From the NCBI GenBank assembly GCA_012517605.1, contig JAAYUS010000044.1, positions 1 through 62,578 of the forward strand: DNA of 62,578 nucleotides. The letters are read 5' to 3'. The notes under the pieces were generated by a model. It was not told the origin of the DNA. It did no database searches and was given only the letters and a program-made list of their open reading frames with translations. This document shows positions 9,646 through 19,229 of this stretch, piece after piece (position 1 is the stretch's first letter; each line of letters opens with the position of its first letter). Origin of the DNA: Bacteroidales bacterium. GTDB taxonomy: Bacteria; Bacteroidota; Bacteroidia; Bacteroidales; VadinHA17. Both the position numbers and the translations under genes were made by a program.

Positions 9646-9996
9646 CTATACAAGCTTATTTGTTTTTGTATCGGGGAAAATAATCAAGGGTTTGAATGAT
9701 TTCGCCTCCTCGAAATCCATCGATGCAAATGACATTATTATAATGACATCGCCTACAGCAACTTTTCTGGCTGCAGGTCCGTTCATGCAAATCTCCCCTG
9801 AACCTCTTTTCCCTTTTATAACATATGTTTCGAGCCGTTCTCCGTTATTGATGTCAAGAACCTGGACCTTTTCGTTTTCAATAATACCTGATGCATCCAT
9901 CAGATCCTCATCAATCGTAACGCTACCTATATAATTCAGGTTAGCCTCAGTGACGGTTACCTGGTGGATCTTGGATTTGAGAATTTCTATTAGCAT
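9646..9996 (-). CDS. panD: Aspartate 1-decarboxylase
   Basis: [32 protein letters not shown] contains the G-S self-cleavage site. The length of 116 aa fits. Confidence 0.95.
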   Translation of the reverse strand: MLIEILKSKIHQVTVTEANLNYIGSVTIDEDLMDASGIIENEKVQVLDINNGERLETYVIKGKRGSGEICMNGPAARKVAVGDVIIIMSFASMDFEEAKSFKPLIIFPDTKTNKLV

Positions 9997-10046
9997 CCTG
10001 ATAATGTTATTTTTGAAGCCCCAAATTTAGCTATCCTTTTGATTGT

Positions 10047-10901
10047 TTACAAAGGAATTTCAATATTATCTATAAGACGTATTTGCCCTGCTCTGACAGC
10101 AATGCATCCAAAATACCTAAGCCCGGGTTTCATTTCCTTCCTGGAGGTGACGGGTATTAATTCCCTTTCATCCGCAATTTCAAAATATTCAAGTCTGAAT
10201 CCTTCCTTTTCTTCAATTTTCCTTTTGACATAATTCTTAATTGAAGGGATATCAAGACCGGATATTTTTGCTGCTGCAGAAGAAATGGAAGCATAAATTA
10301 CTGATGCTTCTTTTCTTATTTTTGGCTCAAGCAACTGATTTCTGCTGCTCATTGCGAGACCGTCTTTTTCCCTTATTATCGGACAGGCTATTATTTTTAC
10401 ACTGGAACCCATCTGCCTGACCAGTTCGCGGATTACCGCGACCTGCTGGAAATCCTTCTGACCGAAAAAGGCAATATCCGGGTTTACCATATTGAAAAGC
10501 TTTGAAACAACCTGGGCAACTCCATTAAAATGTCCTGGTCTGTGCAGGGCTTCCATGACATTATCCAGATTGCCGAAATTAAATACTCTTTTGTCCTCTT
10601 CGGGATACATCTCCCTGTCGTCAGGGGTGAACACTATATCATTTTCACGCAATACACTGCCAAGGAGATCAAGATCATCGGGAAGGCAGCGGGGATAGTT
10701 TAGCAAATCATTTTTATCATTGAACTGGGTGGGATTAACGTAGATACTTACCACGGCAAGGGGACATTGCGACACGGCATTTTCAACAAGGGAGACATGG
10801 CCCTGATGAAGCGCTCCCATTGTCGGTACAAAGCCCACGGGAGATAATCCGGCTTCTTTTATGGATTTTGATAATTGGTCTTTTTTGTCAATGACTTTCA
10901 T
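10047..10901 (-). CDS. panC: Pantoate--beta-alanine ligase
   Basis: VPTMGALHQGH motif, FGQKDFQQ and SSRN motifs, 284 aa. Confidence 0.95.
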   Translation of the reverse strand: MKVIDKKDQLSKSIKEAGLSPVGFVPTMGALHQGHVSLVENAVSQCPLAVVSIYVNPTQFNDKNDLLNYPRCLPDDLDLLGSVLRENDIVFTPDDREMYPEEDKRVFNFGNLDNVMEALHRPGHFNGVAQVVSKLFNMVNPDIAFFGQKDFQQVAVIRELVRQMGSSVKIIACPIIREKDGLAMSSRNQLLEPKIRKEASVIYASISSAAAKISGLDIPSIKNYVKRKIEEKEGFRLEYFEIADERELIPVTSRKEMKPGLRYFGCIAVRAGQIRLIDNIEIPL

Positions 10902-10917
10902 ACCTGGAAATTTACTG

Positions 10918-10925
10918 CAAACCTA
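10918..10925 (-). promoter_or_regulatory. Candidate -7 box TAGGTTTG upstream of panC
   Basis: The plus strand reads CAAACCTA. It lies 16 nt upstream of the panC ATG (10901). Confidence 0.33.
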
Positions 10926-11030
10926 AATTAAATTAAGGATTAACGGATGCACTTAATAAAATAATTTAAAACTCAGGCAACTCTGAATTTCCGTCATTTG
11001 TGTGTTGGCAATTATGTCATTTTTTATTAT

Positions 11031-11038
11031 TATCTTTG
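11031..11038 (+). promoter_or_regulatory. Candidate -7 box TATCTTTG upstream of the glycogen-synthase-like gene
   Basis: Exact TAnnTTTG, 35 nt before the ATG at 11074. Confidence 0.38.
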
Positions 11039-11073
11039 CATCTTGTTACGGAATGGTATATCCAGTCATGTAA

Positions 11074-11880
11074 ATGGAAAGCAAAAAGGTATTATTCATT
11101 TCTCAGGAGATTACTCCCTATCTGGGTGAAACAAAACTATCAAAAATAGGCAGATATCTTCCACAGGGCATTCAGGAAAAAGGGAAAGAGATCAGGACTT
11201 TCATGCCGAGGTATGGAAGCATCAATGAAAGGAGGAACCAGCTTCACGAGGTGATCAGGCTCTCGGGGATGAATCTTATCATTGATGACACTGACCATCC
11301 GCTGATTATTAAGGTCGCCTCAATCCAATCGGCCCGCATGCAGGTCTACTTCATTGACAATGAAGATTATTTTCAGCGTAAGCATACAGTTGCCGATGCC
11401 AGTGGCAAGGAGTTTGAAGACAATGATGAGAGGGCATTGTTTTTTGCTAGAGGAGTGATAGAGACTGTCAAAAAGCTAAGGTGGGCTCCCGATATTGTTC
11501 ATTGCCATGGCTGGATGTCAGCACTTGTTCCTGTTTATCTCAGGAATATCTATAACGATGATCCTCTTTTCCATAATTACAAAATAGTTTATTCAGTATA
11601 TAACAACGATTTCAAAACTCCCTTTCGTCCTACCTTTGCCGATAAACTGAGGTTTGACGGTATTGACGGGGAGAGCCTCAAGCTTATCAAAACCCCTGAT
11701 TTTGTAAATGTTTCGAAGCTGGCCATCAAATACTCAGATGCAGTTATCATCGGGAGCGAGGAGATCAACAGTGAGCTGCATAAACATATCCGGTCGCTTA
11801 ACAAACCGGTTCTGGAGTTTCAGGATGAATCGCAGTATATAGATGCCTATAACGATTTTTATGACAGTCTTCATCCCTGA
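11074..11880 (+). CDS. Short glycogen/starch-synthase-like protein (GT5 N-terminal domain only)
   Basis: It shows N-terminal half similarity to GlgA (ISQEITPY..., HCHGWMSALVP). It is only 268 aa and lacks the KTGGL motif and the whole C-terminal Rossmann domain. Confidence 0.6.
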   Translation: MESKKVLFISQEITPYLGETKLSKIGRYLPQGIQEKGKEIRTFMPRYGSINERRNQLHEVIRLSGMNLIIDDTDHPLIIKVASIQSARMQVYFIDNEDYFQRKHTVADASGKEFEDNDERALFFARGVIETVKKLRWAPDIVHCHGWMSALVPVYLRNIYNDDPLFHNYKIVYSVYNNDFKTPFRPTFADKLRFDGIDGESLKLIKTPDFVNVSKLAIKYSDAVIIGSEEINSELHKHIRSLNKPVLEFQDESQYIDAYNDFYDSLHP

Positions 11881-11990
11881 TCATCTTCTTTCTGGTTATC
11901 AGCAATAATTGCTTTTCTTTATCCGTTTTTCTATCTATGATATGACCTGATTTCATCAGGACGTCTTTTAACCTTTAATATTACCCGGTT

Positions 11991-13826
11991 ATGTGCGGAA
12001 TTGTAGGATACATTGGAACAAAACCAGCCCGCGAGATAGTGATCAAGGGTCTGAAACGTCTGGAATACAGAGGTTATGATTCAGCCGGCCTTGCCATTGT
12101 TAACGGAGAAACAAAGATCTTCAAATGCAAGGGCAGGGTTGCCGACCTTGAGGAGATGGTAAATCAGACTGATTTCAACGGTACAATCGGAATGGGTCAT
12201 ACAAGATGGGCGACCCATGGTGAGCCAAATGAGTTGAATGCCCATCCGCAGGTCTCCCATAAGGGTAATTTTGTCGTTGTGCATAACGGGATAATAGAAA
12301 ATTATGCTCTTATTAAAAAACACCTCCAAACCAGGGGTATTCAATTCAACAGCCAAACCGACACCGAAGTACTTGCCAACCTGATTGAACATTTGTATCT
12401 TGAAGGGGACCTGACTGCCGAGCAGGCTATTTCGCTGGCACTGAACAGGGTGGAAGGGGCGTATGGGCTCGTAATCATTTGCACAAAGGAAACTGACAGG
12501 CTTTTTGCTGCACGTAAGGGAAGTCCCCTGGTAATAGGTGTCGGGGAAGGAGAGAATTTCATAGCATCTGATGCCACACCGATTGTTGAGCATACTCAGA
12601 GGGTTATTTACCTTAAGGATGACGATATTGCCATTGTAAAAAGGGATGAGCTTATACTGAAGAACATCCGGCCGGGAAGAAGGGAGCCGGAGGTAAAACA
12701 GGTCGATCTTAAGATCGGGGAAATTGACAAGGAGGGTTTTGCCCATTTTATGCTCAAGGAGATTAATGAACAGCCAAGAGCGATACATGATACATTCAGG
12801 GGAAGAGTCCTTCCTGACCACAGCGGCATTATGCTCGGTGGACTTCACAGCGTTCTCGAGACAATATCCCAGTCGGAAAGGATAATTATTGTTGCATGCG
12901 GTACTTCTTGGCATGCCGGCCTATTGGGAGAATATCTCTTTGAAGAATACACAAGGATACCTGTAGAAGTTGAATATGCCTCGGAGTTCCGCTACAGGGA
13001 CCCGATTATCAGAAAAGGAGATATTGTAATTGCCATAAGCCAGAGCGGTGAGACAGCCGATACCCTTGCTGCCGTCAAACTGGCAAAGGAAAAAGGAGCC
13101 ATAGTGCTTGGGATCTGCAATGTGGTCGGGTCGAGCATTCCGCGTGAGACCAACGCAGGGGTATACACGCATGCCGGTCCCGAAATAGGGGTTGCGTCAA
13201 CAAAAGCATTTACAACGCAGGTTACAGTACTTGCAATGATGGCATTTGAAATAGGTTTCCTGAAAGGCATTATTTCATCCGAAAAATATAAGATGCTGAT
13301 CGACGAGCTTGTTTCAATACCTCAAAAAATTGAAAAGGCCCTTAAAATGAATGACCAGGTATTTGAGCTTGCAACGAAATACCAGCAGACAAGGAATGCA
13401 TTATATCTTGGAAGGGGATTCCTTTTCCCTGTAGCGCTCGAAGGCGCTCTTAAACTTAAAGAGATATCATATATACATGCGGAAGGCTATCCGGCTGCCG
13501 AAATGAAGCACGGACCAATTGCTCTCATCGATGAAAATATGCCGGTGGTGGTGGTGGCAACAAAAGATGATACATACGAGAAAATAATAAGCAATATCCA
13601 GGAGATCAAGGCACGCAAGGGTAATGTGATCGCTATCGTGACTGAAGGAGATGAGCTTATCAAAAGGATGGCTGACTTTGTTCTTGAAGTGCCTGAAACT
13701 TTACCGGCTTTTTCGGCAATACTGGCGGTGATTCCGCTTCAGCTTCTGTCATATCATATTGCAGTCCTTAGGGGATGCAATGTCGATCAACCAAGGAATC
13801 TGGCAAAATCAGTTACAGTGGAATAA
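11991..13826 (+). CDS. glmS: Glutamine--fructose-6-phosphate aminotransferase
   Basis: MCGIVGY N-terminal nucleophile, two SIS domains, and the C-terminal DQPRNLAKSVTVE. Confidence 0.97.
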   Translation: MCGIVGYIGTKPAREIVIKGLKRLEYRGYDSAGLAIVNGETKIFKCKGRVADLEEMVNQTDFNGTIGMGHTRWATHGEPNELNAHPQVSHKGNFVVVHNGIIENYALIKKHLQTRGIQFNSQTDTEVLANLIEHLYLEGDLTAEQAISLALNRVEGAYGLVIICTKETDRLFAARKGSPLVIGVGEGENFIASDATPIVEHTQRVIYLKDDDIAIVKRDELILKNIRPGRREPEVKQVDLKIGEIDKEGFAHFMLKEINEQPRAIHDTFRGRVLPDHSGIMLGGLHSVLETISQSERIIIVACGTSWHAGLLGEYLFEEYTRIPVEVEYASEFRYRDPIIRKGDIVIAISQSGETADTLAAVKLAKEKGAIVLGICNVVGSSIPRETNAGVYTHAGPEIGVASTKAFTTQVTVLAMMAFEIGFLKGIISSEKYKMLIDELVSIPQKIEKALKMNDQVFELATKYQQTRNALYLGRGFLFPVALEGALKLKEISYIHAEGYPAAEMKHGPIALIDENMPVVVVATKDDTYEKIISNIQEIKARKGNVIAIVTEGDELIKRMADFVLEVPETLPAFSAILAVIPLQLLSYHIAVLRGCNVDQPRNLAKSVTVE

Positions 13827-13837
13827 AAAACATCAAA

Positions 13838-15838
13838 ATGAACCCTTCAGAAGATTACAGGAAGCTCAATCCTGAAGAGATCAGCAAACTACAATTAAAT
13901 GGTTGTTCCTGTGAAGAATGGGACAGCATTAATGTGAAAGAAGGCTTCGATCCCTCAAGATGTCATAATGTTATTTTTTCTGGCAATATTAAGCTGGGGA
14001 TATTCAACAATACCAGGACTGATGAGTCGGGGGTAAGTCTCAGGTCGGGCATATCAAATGCACATATCCATAACTGTGAGATCGGGTCGGATGTTCATAT
14101 CAGCAATATCGGCGATTATATTGCAAACTACAGGATCGAAGATGATGTAATAATAAAGAATTGCGGGAAGATAAATACAGAGGGGACAACTTCATTCGGA
14201 AACGGAACAGAGGTTGCCGTGCTTAATGAAACAGGAGGCCGGTCAGTAAGAATATGGGATCAGCTTTCGGCACACCAGGCTTATATAATGGCCCTCTACA
14301 GGCATCGTATCAAAGCCATCAGGAAGATGGAGCAGATGATAAATGAATACTCCGGGGCCATTTCTTCAACTACAGGAGTAATAGGCACCGGATCGAGGAT
14401 TTTAAGCTGCCGGCATATCAGGAATGTCAGGATAGGACCATTCAGCCATATTGAAGGAGCTATCAGCCTAAATGAAGGATCAGTTAACAGTTGCGGGGAG
14501 GACCCCGTATTGATAGGTCCCGGGGTGATCATGGAGCATTTCATTGTATGTTCGGGTTCAATTGTAACTGAATCGACACTTATAGATAAATGCTTTATCG
14601 GCCAGGGCTGTGTCCTTGGAAAGCATTATTCTGCTGAAAATTCATTATTCTTTGCAAACTGCGGTGGATATCACGGTGAAGCATGTTCGATTTTTGCCGG
14701 GCCGTATACCGTTACGCATCATAAATCGACATTGCTTATCGCAGGCATATTCTCATTTATGAATGCCGGAAGCGGATCGAACCAGAGCAACCATATGTAC
14801 AAGCTGGGGCCGATACACCAGGGAATAATGGAAAGAGGATCCAAGACAACCAGTGATTCCTATGTCCTCTGGCCGGCGCGCATAGGTCCTTACACACTTG
14901 TAATGGGACGTCATTATAAGAATATGGATACTTCTGCCCTTCCGTTTTCGTACCTTATTGAAAGCAATGATGAAAGTATCCTGGTACCTGGGATCAACCT
15001 TAGAAGCGTGGGGACAATACGTGATGCCCAGAAATGGCCTGTGAGGGACAGGAGAAAAGATCCTGTAAAGCACGACCAGGTAAATTTCAACCTTCTCAGT
15101 CCTTATACAATAAGAAAGATGTTTGAAGGAAGGGATCTGTTGCGCAGGCTAAAGGCCGTTTCAGGATCAGCATCAGGATCATATTCATACAACAATATGA
15201 TAATCAAGGGTCCTTCGCTTGAAAGGGGACTTGAACTTTACCAGCGGGGAATTGATAAATTCTTAGGTAACTCACTGATAAAAAGGCTTGAGAACATTGA
15301 CTTCAGAACGAATGCTGAACTTCAGAACAGGCTTAAACCCGACCAGTTAATGGGAAAGGGCGAATGGGTCGATCTGGCAGGGCTGATAGCGCCCAAGCAG
15401 GCCGTCAGCGAGCTTCTCGACGATATTGAATCAGGAAGGATAAATACTGTTGAAGGTGTTGCTGAAGCCTTTATTCATATGCACAAGTCGTACTATGACT
15501 GGGAATGGGCATGGGCATGGGAGAGGATAGAGGAGGAAGAAAACAAGACTGTTAATGAATTCACAGCAAAAGATGTGATAAGACTTGTGGAGAAATGGAA
15601 AAAAAGCGTTGTTGACCTCGACAAAATGCTGTATGAGGATGCAAGGAAGGAATTTACACTTTCTTCAATGACCGGTTTCGGGATTGACGGAGGTGATGAC
15701 ATCAGGAAGCAGGATTTTGAACAGGTAAGGGGAGATTTTAATTCGAACAGCGTCGTCGCCGCGATACAGGATCACATAAGACAAAAAAGCGAACTCGGAG
15801 ATGAACTTATCGGGCGGATGCAGAAGATAGAAAACTGA
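13838..15838 (+). CDS. Left-handed beta-helix (hexapeptide-repeat) protein of unknown function, DUF4954-like
   Basis: Two blocks of hexad periodicity are visible (IHNCEIGSDVHISNIGDYIANYRIEDDVII; IGPGVIMEHFIVCSGSIVTESTLIDKCFIGQGCVLG), followed by a helical C-terminal half (YYDWEWAWAWERIEEE). The ATG at 13838 lies 12 nt after the glmS stop. ORF-track start 13775 is rejected because it overlaps glmS. Confidence 0.55.
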   Translation: MNPSEDYRKLNPEEISKLQLNGCSCEEWDSINVKEGFDPSRCHNVIFSGNIKLGIFNNTRTDESGVSLRSGISNAHIHNCEIGSDVHISNIGDYIANYRIEDDVIIKNCGKINTEGTTSFGNGTEVAVLNETGGRSVRIWDQLSAHQAYIMALYRHRIKAIRKMEQMINEYSGAISSTTGVIGTGSRILSCRHIRNVRIGPFSHIEGAISLNEGSVNSCGEDPVLIGPGVIMEHFIVCSGSIVTESTLIDKCFIGQGCVLGKHYSAENSLFFANCGGYHGEACSIFAGPYTVTHHKSTLLIAGIFSFMNAGSGSNQSNHMYKLGPIHQGIMERGSKTTSDSYVLWPARIGPYTLVMGRHYKNMDTSALPFSYLIESNDESILVPGINLRSVGTIRDAQKWPVRDRRKDPVKHDQVNFNLLSPYTIRKMFEGRDLLRRLKAVSGSASGSYSYNNMIIKGPSLERGLELYQRGIDKFLGNSLIKRLENIDFRTNAELQNRLKPDQLMGKGEWVDLAGLIAPKQAVSELLDDIESGRINTVEGVAEAFIHMHKSYYDWEWAWAWERIEEEENKTVNEFTAKDVIRLVEKWKKSVVDLDKMLYEDARKEFTLSSMTGFGIDGGDDIRKQDFEQVRGDFNSNSVVAAIQDHIRQKSELGDELIGRMQKIEN

Positions 15839-15843
15839 ATCCT

Positions 15844-16911
15844 CTACCTTCCTGCATACATATTTTCATAATATTTCTCATACTCGCCCGAGATAACTCT
15901 TTCAAGCCATAAGGTGTTGGAAAGGTACCAGTCGACTGTAAGTTCAAGACCGGCGGCAAAATCGGGTATTGGCTTCCAGCCAAGCTCCTTCTGAAGTTTT
16001 GAGGAATCTATTGCATATCGCAAATCGTGGCCGGGACGGTCCTTGACGTATGTAATAAGTTTTTCGGATGTTCCTTCAGGCCTTCCAAGCTTTTTATCCA
16101 TTATCCTGCATAAAAGCTTTATCAGGTCGATGTTTTTCCATTCATTATTCCCTCCGATATTATAGGTCTCACCTGGTTTTCCCATATGAAAAATAAGATC
16201 AATTGCTTCTACATGGTCTCCAACATAGAGCCAGTCGCGGATATTCTCGCCCTTTCCGTAAACCGGTATTGGTTTATTGTTCTTAATATTGTTTATTGCC
16301 AGAGGAATGAGTTTTTCAGGAAACTGATTCGGGCCATAGTTGTTAGAGCAGTTCGAGACCACCACAGGAATGCCGAATGTATGTCCGTAAGCCCTGACGA
16401 GATGGTCGGAGCTGGCCTTTGAAGCGGAATAAGGGCTCCTGGGATCATAGGCAGTAGTTTCGGTGAACTTTCCTTCTTTGCCAAGTGATCCGAACACTTC
16501 ATCAGTAGAAATATGGTAGAATTTTTTCCCTTCCTTGTTTTCTTTCCAGATATGGAGAGAGGCATTCAAAAGATTTACTGTCCCGATAATATTTGTAAAA
16601 ACAAAGTCATCAGGAGCTGAAATAGAACGGTCGACATGTGATTCAGCAGCCAGATGGATCACTCCGTCGAAATTATATTTGATGAAAAGGCCTGTCACTG
16701 CATTTTTATCCACGATGTCGATTTTTTCAAAAACATAGTTTGGGGCCGATTCTATATCTGTAAGGTTTTCCAGGTTGCCGGCATATGTGAGTTTGTCGCC
16801 GTTTACAATTGTATATTGAGGATATTTGTTAACGAATCTTCTGACCACATGCGATCCGATAAAACCTGCTCCCCCGGTTATAAGAATTGTCTTTTCAGTT
16901 TTCATTTCCAT
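15844..16911 (-). CDS. rfbB: dTDP-glucose 4,6-dehydratase
   Basis: ILITGGAGFIGSH Rossmann motif, DKLTYAGNLENL, YSASKASSDH (YxxxK), 355 aa. Confidence 0.9.
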   Translation of the reverse strand: MEMKTEKTILITGGAGFIGSHVVRRFVNKYPQYTIVNGDKLTYAGNLENLTDIESAPNYVFEKIDIVDKNAVTGLFIKYNFDGVIHLAAESHVDRSISAPDDFVFTNIIGTVNLLNASLHIWKENKEGKKFYHISTDEVFGSLGKEGKFTETTAYDPRSPYSASKASSDHLVRAYGHTFGIPVVVSNCSNNYGPNQFPEKLIPLAINNIKNNKPIPVYGKGENIRDWLYVGDHVEAIDLIFHMGKPGETYNIGGNNEWKNIDLIKLLCRIMDKKLGRPEGTSEKLITYVKDRPGHDLRYAIDSSKLQKELGWKPIPDFAAGLELTVDWYLSNTLWLERVISGEYEKYYENMYAGR

Positions 16912-17935
16912 GTGGTTTTCTTATGAACTTCTCCCACTCCCATGCTGTCCTCATGGCTTCATCAAGGGAGCTTACGGTCTTCCATCCGAGTTCCCTGTTG
17001 GCCAGTGAGGGATCAGCCCATATCTTTTCAATATCTCCTGCCCTTCGGCTGGTTATCCTGTATTTCACTTTAACTCCTGTCGCACGCTCGAACGATTTGA
17101 TTGCTTCCAGGACTGACACGCCATTGCCGGTGCCAAGGTTGAATATTTCGAAGCCTGATTTATTCTTATTCCCGATAAGCCTTTCGATGGCAATAACATG
17201 TGCTTTAGCCAGGTCAACTACGTGGAGGTAATCTCTTATGCAGGAGCCGTCAGGAGTATTATAGTCATTTCCGAAAACCTTAAGTTCATCGCGCAGGCCA
17301 TATGCAGTCTGAGTTATATACGGTACAAGGTTTTCGGGGACGCCTCTGGGCAGTTCCCCGATAAGGCCTGAAGGATGAGCCCCAATGGGATTGAAATACC
17401 TGAGGGCTATGGCTCTGATATTGGGATCGGATGATATTGTATCCCTGATGATCTCCTCACCGATCTGTTTTGTATTCCCGTATGGTGATACTGCGGGCTG
17501 GATCGGAGAATCTTCGGAAACAGGCAGTTTTTCCGGCTGACCATAGACAGTGCAGGAGGATGAAAAAACAAATGCAGGAATGCCTGTTTTTTTCATTGAA
17601 TCAAGAAGGTTCATCAGAGATACAAGATTATTCCGATAGTATTCAAGCGGTTTATGTACCGATTCACCAACTGCCTTATATGCCGCAAAATGTATAATGC
17701 CATCTATATTCTGATATTTCCTGAAAAATGATTCAAGGCGTGCTGCATCGCATAGGTCAAAGACCTCCAGCGGAGGTGTGGTTCCCGTAATCTTCGCTAT
17801 ACGGTCAACGACCTCTGCTTCAGAATTATAAAGGTTGTCAATAATTACTACATCGTATCCGTTTTCTATAAGTTCGACAACTGTGTGGGAACCGATGTAT
17901 CCCGTTCCGCCTGTAACCAGAATAAGCTTTTTCAT
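16895..17935 (-). CDS. galE: UDP-glucose 4-epimerase
   Basis: MKKLILVTGGTGYIGSHTVVEL, PYGNTK (YxxxK), and a GalE-type C-terminus. The start is the ATG at 17935, which overlaps the upstream stop as ATGA. Confidence 0.85.
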   Translation of the reverse strand: MKKLILVTGGTGYIGSHTVVELIENGYDVVIIDNLYNSEAEVVDRIAKITGTTPPLEVFDLCDAARLESFFRKYQNIDGIIHFAAYKAVGESVHKPLEYYRNNLVSLMNLLDSMKKTGIPAFVFSSSCTVYGQPEKLPVSEDSPIQPAVSPYGNTKQIGEEIIRDTISSDPNIRAIALRYFNPIGAHPSGLIGELPRGVPENLVPYITQTAYGLRDELKVFGNDYNTPDGSCIRDYLHVVDLAKAHVIAIERLIGNKNKSGFEIFNLGTGNGVSVLEAIKSFERATGVKVKYRITSRRAGDIEKIWADPSLANRELGWKTVSSLDEAMRTAWEWEKFIRKPHGNEN

Positions 17936-19224
17936 CAGAGACTCCAATAAATATGTTTTTTAATTTTACCTCTAAGGGTACCTTTTACATCAATAATAAT
18001 CCCATCACTGTTCAGAAGGGGATTGAAAAATTCTTCACCTAATCCAAGATATTCCTTATGGCTTACTGCAAGAATTATTGCATCATATTTGCCTGCAGGT
18101 TTCTCTTTCAGTTCAAGTCCGTATTCTTCTTTGACCTCATGGGCGCTGGCTCCGGGATCTATAACATCAACAGAAACACTGAAGTCAGTAAGTTCCCTGA
18201 TAACATCAACAACCTTTGAGTTTCTGATATCTGTGACATTCTCCTTGAAAGTGATACCCATTACAAGAACCCGTGAATGCGTCGGATTCTTTCCCGACGC
18301 AATGATTTTCTTAACTGTAGTCTTGCCTATATACCTGCCCATGCTGTCGTTGGTAAATCGTCCTGAATCGATCATATGAGGATGATAACCAAGCGCTTTG
18401 GCCTTGTATGATAAATAATAGGGATCTACTCCGATGCAATGGCCACCGACAAGTCCAGGATAAAATTTAAGGAAATTCCATTTTGTTCCCGCGGCTTCCA
18501 GGACTTCGTAGGTATTTACCCCAAGTCGGTTAAAGATTATAGAAAGCTCATTCATGAATGCGATGTTAATATCGCGCTGGGTATTTTCTATGATCTTTGC
18601 CGACTCTGCAACTTTTATCGAACTTGCCCTGTGCACGCCTGCTTCAATGATAAGTTCATATACCCTGGCGATATTTTCAGCCGATTCGGCATCGCATCCG
18701 CTGGTAACCTTCACGATTTTGGTAAGCGTATGGTCCTTGTCGCCGGGATTTATTCTTTCAGGTGAAAATCCCACCTTGAAATCCGTTCCGCACCTCAGTC
18801 CTGAAAATCTTTCAAGAACAGGGACGCAGTCTTCTTCTGTACATCCGGGGTAAACTGTTGATTCATAAACGACATAGTCACCTTTCTTGAGGATCTTTCC
18901 GACAGTTTCGGAAGCCTTCAGAACCGGTGTCAGGTCGGGGAGATTGTAAATATTTGTGGGCGTGGGAACGGCAATGATGTGGAAAGATGCCATTTTGAGA
19001 TCCTGAGGATCACTTGTGAAGAGAATGTCGGTGTTCTTGAAATCTTCAGGTGACAGCTCATTGCTGGGGTCTATTCCTTTTTTCATCAGGGATACCCTGT
19101 CGGGTTTAATATCAAAACCCACCACTTTGATCTTTTTTGCAAACTCAAGAGCGATCGGAAGGCCGACATAGCCAAGTCCGATCAATGAGAGACTCGTTTC
19201 CTTATTAAGAAGCTTATTGTACAT
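17935..19224 (-). CDS. wbpA: UDP-N-acetyl-D-glucosamine (or related UDP-HexNAc) 6-dehydrogenase, WbpA/TviB-type nucleotide-sugar dehydrogenase
   Basis: N-terminal GLGYVGLP Rossmann motif, a catalytic-Cys region GGHCIG, 429 aa. The substrate is inferred from the adjacent wbpB/D/E-like genes. Confidence 0.7.
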   Translation of the reverse strand: MYNKLLNKETSLSLIGLGYVGLPIALEFAKKIKVVGFDIKPDRVSLMKKGIDPSNELSPEDFKNTDILFTSDPQDLKMASFHIIAVPTPTNIYNLPDLTPVLKASETVGKILKKGDYVVYESTVYPGCTEEDCVPVLERFSGLRCGTDFKVGFSPERINPGDKDHTLTKIVKVTSGCDAESAENIARVYELIIEAGVHRASSIKVAESAKIIENTQRDINIAFMNELSIIFNRLGVNTYEVLEAAGTKWNFLKFYPGLVGGHCIGVDPYYLSYKAKALGYHPHMIDSGRFTNDSMGRYIGKTTVKKIIASGKNPTHSRVLVMGITFKENVTDIRNSKVVDVIRELTDFSVSVDVIDPGASAHEVKEEYGLELKEKPAGKYDAIILAVSHKEYLGLGEEFFNPLLNSDGIIIDVKGTLRGKIKKHIYWSL

Positions 19225-19229
19225 CCGGA

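Noticed and set aside
11881-11990. A possible glmS ribozyme or other riboswitch upstream of glmS.
   Set aside because: The 110-nt spacer is AT-rich with only a weak 6-bp hairpin (CCTGAT/ATCAGG). I cannot see the conserved glmS ribozyme core, and that ribozyme is not expected in Bacteroidota.
12081-12914. A long 277-aa antisense ORF lies inside glmS. Similar antisense ORFs occur at 38754..39380 (208 aa, in pgk), 32460..32942 (160 aa, in the mrp/apbC gene), 9551..9934 and 41183..41530.
   Set aside because: All lie entirely within strongly supported conserved genes on the opposite strand. Their translations are low-complexity or Ser/Pro/Leu-rich, and no family motifs are visible. This is typical of stop-codon-poor antisense frames.
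13775-13837. The ORF track gives N-terminal extensions for several genes: 13775, 4652, 20850, 35401, 38152, 59565, 1095 and 25158.
   Set aside because: The extensions overlap the preceding gene or a candidate promoter box, or they precede an obvious signal peptide or conserved N-terminus. Internal ATG/GTG starts give family-typical N-termini.
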